IMG/VR virus record: IMGVR_UViG_3300036791_000851
Span: 2,600-66,599 of that record
Strand: one strand, 5' to 3'
Source of the DNA: a virus
DNA: 64,000 nucleotides
Shown here one piece after another: positions 56,782 through 64,000 of this stretch. The position numbers were made by a program, and so were the translations under genes. Positions within the stretch are counted from its first letter, which is position 1. Every line of letters starts with the position of its first letter. Under the pieces are notes generated by a model. That model was not told the DNA's origin. It saw nothing but the letters and a program-made list of their open reading frames with translations, and did not search any database.

Positions 56782-59103
56782 ATGATGGCCAACGGTGCGC
56801 CGATCAATGGTAGGGGATTGGGCCCGGTAACGCCGACCGAGCATTACCGCAACCTGGACGACATCGCTGGCCAAATCCCGCCGACCGATACCGGCGAGGA
56901 CATCACCATCGTCCTCCAACCGGATGCGGAGCAACCGGTAGAAGAGGTGGGCATCGAGCGCGCCGACGGCGCGCTGCTGATCCGTCTCGACGGCAAGAAG
57001 ATCAGCCGCGAGCCGACCGGCAACGCCAAGAACCACGACGCTAACCTGGCAGATTTTATCGATGCGCGCGAATTAGCGCGCATCTGCGACGACCTGCTCA
57101 ACGGCATCGACGCCGACATCCAGACCCGGCGCGATTGGATCGAACGGCGCGCGCAGGGCATCAAGCACCTTGCGCTGAAGGTCGAAAACCCGCGCTCGCC
57201 CACCGCCGACGCCGACACCGCGGTCGAGGGCCAGACCACGGTGCGCACGCCCATCCTGCTCGACGCCGTGATGCGGCATCAGGCCAATGCGCGGGGAGAA
57301 TTGTTGCCCGCCGGCGGCCCGGTCAAAATCCAGAACACCTCAACCGCCAAGACCCCGCGCCGGCAATTTCTGGAGCAGCAGACGCAGCAGCCGCGGCAGG
57401 ACACGGGCAACGATCGCGATATCCTGGCCGAAGACCTGGAGTTGCTGTTCAACCGCTATCTGACCATCGTCGATCGCGAGTATTATCCCGATTCGACCAG
57501 GATGTTCTTCCTGCAGGGTTTCGGCGGCTCGGGATTCAAAAAAGTCTATCGCTGCCCGATCCGGCGCCGGCCGGTGGCGCGCTCGATCGACGCCGATGAC
57601 ATCATCGTCTCCGACAACGAGGTCTCGCTGCACGACTGCGGGCGCGTCACCCATCGTATCCATATGCGACAGTCCGTGATGCGGCGCATGCAGCTCTCCG
57701 GACAATACATCAACGCCGATTTGACACCGCCGATCCCGCCCGACGCCGATGCAGTCGACCAGGCCGAGCGCGATGTCGCCGGGCTCTCCGTCTTCACCCA
57801 GCGTCCGGAGGATTACAAGCACACCGTCTACGAATGCTATTGCGAGCTTGACGTTGCCGGTTTCGAGCACAAGGAAGACGGGCATTTCACCGGACTCGCG
57901 CTGCCCTACAAGGTGGCGATCGATAAAGACAGCCAGACCGTCATGGAGGTGCGGCGCAACTGGAACGAGGGCGATGATCGCTACCTCAAACGCATGCCGA
58001 TTGTGAAATACCCCTTCGTCGACGGCCTCGGGTTTTACGGCATCGGGTTGTTGCAAATCATGGGCAATGCGACCGCTGCTATCACCACTGCCTGGCGGCT
58101 GGCGCTCGATAGTGCCGGGTTCTCGTCCTGGCCGGGCTTTCTCTACAGTGAAACCGTGGGCAGGCAGGACACGATGACTTTCCGTGTCCCCCTCGGCGGC
58201 GGCTGTCGCATCAACACCGGTGGCCAGCCCATCGGCAACAATGTCATGTCCTTGCCCTACAAGGACGTCACGGCGGGGTTGGTTCAGGTCACCAAACACA
58301 TCGAAGACGAAGCCCGCCGCGTCGGCGGCACACCCGAGCTGATGGTGGGCGAAGGCCGTCAGGACGTGCCGGTCGGGACCACGTTGGCAATGCTGGACCA
58401 AGCCGTCAAAGTCTTGGATTCTGTGCATAAAGGCATGCACATCGCCCAGTCCGAGGAATTTGCGCTGCTACGCGATCTGTTCATCGAGGACCCTGATGCG
58501 TTGCTCTGTGCGTCGCCTTCGGCGACGCCCGCAAACCAATGGGAGCGCGAAGACATCATCAGGGCGCTCAACGAATGTACGCTCTCGCCGCGCGCCGATC
58601 CCAACACGCCGAGCCATACGATTCGTGTAATGAAGGCAGTGGCGCTTGTTCAATTGGTGCAGATGAACCCGCAGATGTGGAACCTGCAGGCGGTCGTTCG
58701 CCGGGTTGCGACCATGGTCGGAATGGGCAACGTCGACGAGCTGTTCGCTCCGCCCGGTCAGAACCAGCAGCAGGCTGACCCGAAGGCGATGAAGGCGATG
58801 GGCGACATGCAGACCAAGATGGCCGAGTTGGCGCAGAACAGCAAGGATATCGAGCAAAAGGGGCAGCTCCAGCTGCTCTCTGAAAAGATGAAGTTCTTGA
58901 CCCAGCAGATGCAGCTGCAGAACAATCGTGAACAGCGCGACTCGCTCGAGCGCATCGAGGCCGCCAAGCTCGCCAACGAGCGCATGCAGATGGCGGAAGG
59001 CGCCCTGGTCCATCCGGAGGCGACGCCGGTGGCGCAAACCTTCGCCCAGCTATGGCCGGGACCGGTGATGCCGCCGCAGCAGCCAGGGGGCAGGATTCTT
59101 TAG
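56782..59103 (+). CDS. Portal protein
   Basis: Size and position after TerL; G.GFKKVY; GLGFYGIGL; PVGTTLA motifs. Confidence 0.9.
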   Translation: MMANGAPINGRGLGPVTPTEHYRNLDDIAGQIPPTDTGEDITIVLQPDAEQPVEEVGIERADGALLIRLDGKKISREPTGNAKNHDANLADFIDARELARICDDLLNGIDADIQTRRDWIERRAQGIKHLALKVENPRSPTADADTAVEGQTTVRTPILLDAVMRHQANARGELLPAGGPVKIQNTSTAKTPRRQFLEQQTQQPRQDTGNDRDILAEDLELLFNRYLTIVDREYYPDSTRMFFLQGFGGSGFKKVYRCPIRRRPVARSIDADDIIVSDNEVSLHDCGRVTHRIHMRQSVMRRMQLSGQYINADLTPPIPPDADAVDQAERDVAGLSVFTQRPEDYKHTVYECYCELDVAGFEHKEDGHFTGLALPYKVAIDKDSQTVMEVRRNWNEGDDRYLKRMPIVKYPFVDGLGFYGIGLLQIMGNATAAITTAWRLALDSAGFSSWPGFLYSETVGRQDTMTFRVPLGGGCRINTGGQPIGNNVMSLPYKDVTAGLVQVTKHIEDEARRVGGTPELMVGEGRQDVPVGTTLAMLDQAVKVLDSVHKGMHIAQSEEFALLRDLFIEDPDALLCASPSATPANQWEREDIIRALNECTLSPRADPNTPSHTIRVMKAVALVQLVQMNPQMWNLQAVVRRVATMVGMGNVDELFAPPGQNQQQADPKAMKAMGDMQTKMAELAQNSKDIEQKGQLQLLSEKMKFLTQQMQLQNNREQRDSLERIEAAKLANERMQMAEGALVHPEATPVAQTFAQLWPGPVMPPQQPGGRIL

Positions 59104-59126
59104 AACGGGTCTAAGGAGAGAGAGCA

Positions 59127-60530
59127 ATGGCACATCCGATGGCAGGTCAGGCGAAGGCATCCGAAAAGGCCCGTCTCAGGCGCTTGAATGCAACCGCCGG
59201 CAAGGCGTGGGGTTCGTCCAGCATGTACGACAAAACGTCGTATCCCAAGAAAAACGCCGGTACCCAACGTGAGATGACGATCGCAGGCGGCAAAGGCAGG
59301 CGCCGGCCCGACCGCATGGCCACCGGCGGCACCGTCAAGAGGAGCAGCAAAAAAGGCCACCACACCACCAACATCGTGATCGCGGCACCGGGCGGGGCCG
59401 GCGGCCGCGGGGTTGGCGTCCCAGCCGTTGGTGGTGGAATGCCGACACGGCCGCCGATCGCGCCCGGTGCACCGCCGGTCGTACCGCCGGTCGTACCGCC
59501 GCGGCCGATGATGGGTGCGCCGATGGGACCGATGGGACCGACGGCGGCGATGGGTGCGCCGATGCTGCCGCGGCCGCCGATCGCACCGGGCGCCGGCATG
59601 CCTCCGCCCGGCATGAAGCGCGGCGGCGTCGTCAAGAAGCGCAAGATCGGCGGCGAAACCGAGGGTAAGGCCTATCGCGGCTTCCCGCATTCGCCGACGA
59701 CCGAGGTCGACGATGCGGTCTCGGCGCACAAGCGCGGCGGCCGTGTCGGCAGGCGGCAATACGGCGGCACGACCAAGAAGCCCGGGCAGCAGGACGACGA
59801 CGACGATGCGGCGGCTGAGATGCAGCAATCTGGTGGCCCACCGATGGCCGCACAGCAGGCGCTAGCATCGAGCCAGCTGCCATCGAGCATGCCGAACACA
59901 AGCAAGCGTGGCGGCGCGGTCAAAAAACGCCAGGTCGGCGGCGGCCTCTTCGGCATGACGCGCCCAGGCTCTACCGCGATGCCGGCACAACCGGGACCAC
60001 CGACGATCTCCGGCCGCGCGGCGCGCCCGGCGCAGCCGCTCATGGTGCCGACGCCGGCCAATCTCGCCGCCTACCGCACGCGCCCGGCGCCAGGTACGAC
60101 CGTCGGCTTCAAGAAGGGTGGCAAAACCGAGAAGCACGGCGACGAGGCCGAGGACAAAAAGCTGTTCAAGAAGCTGTACAAGGAGGAGGAAGCGAAGGAG
60201 GAGAAGACGAAAAAGCGGGCGACCGGTGGCAGCATTACCAATCCGTTTGATACCAAGCCAATGCCGCATGAAGGACCGAAACCAGAGGTGCCACCTATGC
60301 GCAAGAAGTCAGGCGGTGCCGTCAAGCGTGCTGCTGGCGGCTTTACCCCCAAGAACCAGGACAGCACCGATCCGGGCCTCGCCGGCAGCGGCATCTATCA
60401 CCAGCAGGGCAAGGGTTATGCCCGCGGAGGGCTGGTGACGGGTAAATTGCTGGGCGGGGCCGGCAGCGGGCTCGGCCGCCTGCGGGCTACCAAGACCGCC
60501 GCCAAGGTGCCCGACAAGACGGAACTTTAG
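59127..60530 (+). CDS. Basic disordered internal head protein with 12 xxxGG motifs
   Basis: MATGG, MKRGG, FKKGG, YARGG and others. Confidence 0.75.
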   Translation: MAHPMAGQAKASEKARLRRLNATAGKAWGSSSMYDKTSYPKKNAGTQREMTIAGGKGRRRPDRMATGGTVKRSSKKGHHTTNIVIAAPGGAGGRGVGVPAVGGGMPTRPPIAPGAPPVVPPVVPPRPMMGAPMGPMGPTAAMGAPMLPRPPIAPGAGMPPPGMKRGGVVKKRKIGGETEGKAYRGFPHSPTTEVDDAVSAHKRGGRVGRRQYGGTTKKPGQQDDDDDAAAEMQQSGGPPMAAQQALASSQLPSSMPNTSKRGGAVKKRQVGGGLFGMTRPGSTAMPAQPGPPTISGRAARPAQPLMVPTPANLAAYRTRPAPGTTVGFKKGGKTEKHGDEAEDKKLFKKLYKEEEAKEEKTKKRATGGSITNPFDTKPMPHEGPKPEVPPMRKKSGGAVKRAAGGFTPKNQDSTDPGLAGSGIYHQQGKGYARGGLVTGKLLGGAGSGLGRLRATKTAAKVPDKTEL

Positions 60531-60535
60531 AACAA

Positions 60536-60796
60536 TTGGCTTTGATGCTCGAACGCGACGACCTGAACTTCGCTCAACAGCTGGAGCGCGAAATCCTGCG
60601 CCGTCTCAACGGCACGCAGGACGTCCCCGGGCTCTTTCGCACCGTGCTCGGTTGCGCAAACTGGGATGCGTTCATGTTCACCAAAGGCAGCATTCTCACC
60701 TACGAGGAGGTGCTCAAGATCATGCGCGAAATTGCCCGCCGCATGAACACGGCGGATGAGCAATCGCATCAGCAAGCAGCCCCGAGGATCAACTGA
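60536..60796 (+). CDS. Small conserved head-module protein
   Basis: W..F....G.......V pattern; lies between portal and the GroES-like gene. Confidence 0.55.
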   Translation: MALMLERDDLNFAQQLEREILRRLNGTQDVPGLFRTVLGCANWDAFMFTKGSILTYEEVLKIMREIARRMNTADEQSHQQAAPRIN

Positions 60797-61275
60797 TGCT
60801 GGAAGTTCCAAGGATTTCGACCATCCAGCAGGCTCCGGAGCCGCCTTGGGGCAAAGACCCGGATTCGGAAGTGGCCGACGAGTATGTCCGCGATCCCAAG
60901 CAGTTTTTGCTCGATCGCTGTTCGCTATGGACCCCGAGCTGTCACCTCCTGGGAAGCCTGATTTTGTGCGCGACCTACTTCGCGCCGCCCTATGACATTA
61001 TGCCGAACGGAACGAGGTGGTACCGCACCGACAAAAGCCATGACGAGGCCGCCTGGCAGGGCAAGGTCGGCCTCGTGATCGCCAAGGGCCCCATGGCTTT
61101 CGTCGACGAGCCCGCGCTGCGAGTCTATTTTCACGGTAGCAATGTCGAAATCGGTGATTGGGTGCAGTGGGATATCCACGACGCCCGGCAATCCAGCGTA
61201 CACCGGGTCCATTGCCGCTATCTGCGGGATGTTCAGATCATGGCCAAATGGGATGATCCAAGATTGGTCTACTGA
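60796..61275 (+). CDS. GroES/Cpn10-like co-chaperonin
   Basis: G..IL...G.V.A.GP.AF.D.....V.IGDWV.....R.L.D..I.A. Confidence 0.75.
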   Translation: MLEVPRISTIQQAPEPPWGKDPDSEVADEYVRDPKQFLLDRCSLWTPSCHLLGSLILCATYFAPPYDIMPNGTRWYRTDKSHDEAAWQGKVGLVIAKGPMAFVDEPALRVYFHGSNVEIGDWVQWDIHDARQSSVHRVHCRYLRDVQIMAKWDDPRLVY

Positions 61276-61292
61276 GATGCTGGAGCACGAAC

Positions 61293-62279
61293 ATGGCTGA
61301 TGAAGAGGAAAACGAGGAGATAAGCCTCGCCGATCTCGAAGACGAGGAGCCAAAGGCTGCAGAGAAACCGCAAGCGAAAGCACCGGCGAAGCCCCCGCCA
61401 GTGTCGGCGCCGTCGGCAAAGCCAGCGGCTCCGCAGGTGGGGCTCAAGGACCTCGAAGCGCATCTCGCCAATGAGCGTGCCGAGCGCCTGCGTGTCAGCA
61501 ACGAGAACGCGCGCCTATTGGCCGAGCGCGACAACGCCATCCGCTATGCTCAGGCGGCCGAGCAACGCGGCGTCTCGACCATCGAGCTGGCCAACGACAA
61601 CCAGATCGTGGCGCTGACCGAGCAGCTCGACATGATGCAAGCCCAGCACGAGCAGGCAATGACCGACGGCGATTTCAAGACCGCCTCGGCGTTGCAGCGC
61701 AAAATGGGCAAGCTCAATTCCGATCTCTCGCTCGCGGAGGAAAGGAAGGCGGCGCTCGCCGGCCAGCGCGAGCAGATGACGCAGCAGCACAAGCAGCCGT
61801 TGCAGCGCCCGACGCCGGCAGCACCGCCGCCGGTTGATCCGCTCGAACGCGCAATTGCCAACCGCACCGAGCCCACAAAGGCGTTTCTGCGCAAGCATCG
61901 CGAACTGATCCGTGATGATGGTAGCCTCAAGCGCAGTGCCATCGATGCCCACGACCAGGCGCTCGACGCCGGCCACGCCGTCGATACGCCCGGCTATTTC
62001 AGCTACATCGAGAACGTCATCGGTCCAGGCGCTGGTGGAAATGGTGCTGCAGGAGATTCACCAGCTCCGCGGCAGCGTGCTCCGTCGATGGCGGCACCGG
62101 TCGAGCGTGGCGCTGCTCCCGGCAGCGGCGGCGGCGAGGGGCTTCCCAGGGCCGATGGGACCTTCATAGTGACCCCCAAGATGCGGCGTCTGGCCGAGGA
62201 GCAGGGTGTTCCGATCAAGGAATGGGCACAGAATTACGTGCGCCTGCTGCGGGAAGGGCGCATAACACCGATCACGTAG
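61293..62279 (+). CDS. Capsid scaffolding protein
   Basis: Acidic N-terminus, coiled coil, C-terminal helix (A..GV..KEWA). Confidence 0.7.
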   Translation: MADEEENEEISLADLEDEEPKAAEKPQAKAPAKPPPVSAPSAKPAAPQVGLKDLEAHLANERAERLRVSNENARLLAERDNAIRYAQAAEQRGVSTIELANDNQIVALTEQLDMMQAQHEQAMTDGDFKTASALQRKMGKLNSDLSLAEERKAALAGQREQMTQQHKQPLQRPTPAAPPPVDPLERAIANRTEPTKAFLRKHRELIRDDGSLKRSAIDAHDQALDAGHAVDTPGYFSYIENVIGPGAGGNGAAGDSPAPRQRAPSMAAPVERGAAPGSGGGEGLPRADGTFIVTPKMRRLAEEQGVPIKEWAQNYVRLLREGRITPIT

Positions 62280-62288
62280 GAGGCCAAC

Positions 62289-62879
62289 ATGGATGACGCC
62301 TTGTCCGCCCTGGACTGGGGCGAGGATGCGCAATCGGTCCCGCCGATCCAGGGGCTGCGCGAGGGCCCGCGTGACGGTGATGCTCGTGAGCTTCGGCCAC
62401 CTATGCGCCTCGCCATCGATCTCACCCGAGCGCGTGCGCGCTCCGGTCTGGCCAATGTCGATCCTTACGACATTTCCGACCTGGTCCGCATCTACGCGCC
62501 GACCCGGGGTGATCCGCGCAAGGGCAATATCGACAACGAGATCGACTTCAACTGGAAGCGCTACGAGACCTATGGGCGCCGCGATTACGCCGAGCTGCAG
62601 GGCTATCACGAGCAAGGCTGGCGCGAGGTCATGCACGAGATGTTTCCCGGTCGTTTTGCTCCGCCCGGGACTTGCGGACCGGTCGTCGTCAAGGACATGA
62701 TCCTGATGGAACGACCGATGAGGTTGACAGTCGTCGCCAGAAATGAGGAAATAGACGCGGCGACTCGCGCCATGCGCGTCAATCGTGAGAGCATGGGGCA
62801 GACGCCGGAGGGCCACGCGCCGCGAGTGGTGCTCGCTGATCGTACGACCCGCACAGCGATCGACATTCCCGAGAACTAG
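62289..62879 (+). CDS. Conserved head-module protein
   Basis: F.WKR....G......GW..V......LMERP. Confidence 0.65.
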   Translation: MDDALSALDWGEDAQSVPPIQGLREGPRDGDARELRPPMRLAIDLTRARARSGLANVDPYDISDLVRIYAPTRGDPRKGNIDNEIDFNWKRYETYGRRDYAELQGYHEQGWREVMHEMFPGRFAPPGTCGPVVVKDMILMERPMRLTVVARNEEIDAATRAMRVNRESMGQTPEGHAPRVVLADRTTRTAIDIPEN

Positions 62880-62889
62880 CGTCCCCTCG

Positions 62890-62931
62890 CGCACCCGCTG
62901 CCCGGGTGCGACTACGCCCGCTGCCCGGGCG
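62890..62931 (+). promoter_or_regulatory. Twin RNA hairpins with identical CUGCC loops
   Basis: CGCACCCG-CTGCC-CGGGTGCG and CGCCCG-CTGCC-CGGGCG. Confidence 0.6.
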
Positions 62932-63021
62932 AAGCTGACATACTGACATCATCCGCAACCGCTCGGACAGCGGCGCTGCTCGCCAAAGGCCGGCAACCCT
63001 AACTACTGGGGAGCTTCGCCC

Positions 63022-63603
63022 ATGGCGAACACAGTCGCACCTTTTGGCTTCCGGCCCATCCGCCGCGTTGACGGCGCGGCCTACTCTGGTCAGTTCGACG
63101 TTCTGAAAGCGCAGCCCACCGTTGGCGCGCTCAATCGCGGCGACATGGTCTCGCGGCTCGCCGACGGCACCGTGCAAGCATCTGCCGCCGCCGATGGTCA
63201 TATCGTGACCGGCGTCTACATCGGCTGTCACTATCTCTCGGCAGCGCTCGGTTATCCGATCTGGAGCAATTATTGGCCCGGTTCGGGTGCGCTCGGCGCG
63301 GCACCGATCGACGTCTTCGTGATCACCGATCCGTTCGTGGTCTACGAGGTGCAGGCCGCCGCCGGTCCGTTCACGCAAGCCGACATCGGCGCCACCTGCG
63401 ACATCGTCGTCACCGCCTCGACCACCGGCTTCTCCAAATGGGCGCTGGCCGCCGCTGGCGTCGCTGCCACCACCCCTTGGCGAATCATCCGGCTCGGCAA
63501 CGGCGGCGTCAACATCAGCGATGGCTACGACGCCACCAGCGCCAACAACATCGTCGAAGTGTCCTGGAACAGCATGTTCATGCTTCCGGGCGCTGGCGTC
63601 TAA
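63022..63603 (+). CDS. Capsid decoration/cement protein
   Basis: MAN..APFGFRP...GD.V...GV..GC.Y...V..DP...YEVQ; directly before the MCP. Confidence 0.75.
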   Translation: MANTVAPFGFRPIRRVDGAAYSGQFDVLKAQPTVGALNRGDMVSRLADGTVQASAAADGHIVTGVYIGCHYLSAALGYPIWSNYWPGSGALGAAPIDVFVITDPFVVYEVQAAAGPFTQADIGATCDIVVTASTTGFSKWALAAAGVAATTPWRIIRLGNGGVNISDGYDATSANNIVEVSWNSMFMLPGAGV

Positions 63604-63634
63604 CGGTCCAGGGAAATCGTGAGAGGAGCAAGTT

Positions 63635-64000
63635 ATGGCTGTCGATATGGCATCGATCAAAAACGAACTTTTCCCCGGCCTGGCCGCGGTCGAAGGGCGT
63701 TACAAGAAGATCGAGACGAAATGGTCGCGCTTGTTCGAGAAGCGCACATCGAAGATGGCGCTGGAACGCCGCACCCAGATGGCCTTCCTGCCGCTGGCGC
63801 GCGAGAAGAAGGAGGCGCAGTCGACCTACTTCGACGAGAAGGCCGGCGAGCGCTGGTTGTACACGGCGGAGATGAAGGAGTTGTCGCTTGGTTACATCAT
63901 CACCCGCAACGCCGTGGAGGACAACCAGTACAAGACGGAATTTAACCCGTCGAACCTCGGTCTGCAGGACGTGTTCGCGGTCACCAAGGAAATCTACGCC
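63635..64000 (+). CDS. Major capsid protein (3' truncated)
   Basis: GAGGAG RBS; MAVDMASIKNELFPGL...F....S..A.E...LGY.ITR.AVEDNQY. Confidence 0.88.
   Translation, partial: MAVDMASIKNELFPGLAAVEGRYKKIETKWSRLFEKRTSKMALERRTQMAFLPLAREKKEAQSTYFDEKAGERWLYTAEMKELSLGYIITRNAVEDNQYKTEFNPSNLGLQDVFAVTKEIYA

Noticed and set aside
1-64000. Genome-wide stop-codon reassignment; tRNA genes; integrase/att site
   Set aside because: Core genes are intact in code 11 and use all three stops; no cloverleaf or recombinase motif was seen by eye

Overview
The window is most of a circularly permuted, high-GC tailed-phage genome. It is podovirus-like (no tape measure, sheath or tube genes) and probably infects a soil alphaproteobacterium. 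It opens inside a head-tail adaptor gene and ends inside the major capsid gene, so probably only a few kb are missing. Gene order: tail/adsorption module with two beta-helix tailspikes and a nozzle (1-12 kb); a tail-chaperone-like + truncated asparagine-synthetase-like + GNAT cassette (13.3-15.6 kb); four large internal/ejection proteins (15.5-31 kb); lysis (31.2-33.9 kb); recombination, methylase, helicase and small early genes (34-48 kb); TerS candidate and a repeat-rich putative terminus (49-50.6 kb); then TerL, portal, GroES-like protein, scaffold and capsid (53.7-64 kb). I found no integrase, DNA polymerase, primase, tRNA, CRISPR array or reverse transcriptase. The two strongest candidates for an undescribed system are (i) a glutaminase-less AsnB/lasso-cyclase-like adenylating enzyme encoded just upstream of a giant virion protein with a 19-Cys Gly/Cys segment after a GG site, suggesting RiPP-like modification of a virion protein, and (ii) about 30 copies of an often paired xxxGGx[VIL] motif across six internal proteins, which delimits cargo domains like a processing or packaging code. 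All product calls come from motif recognition by eye, not database searches.
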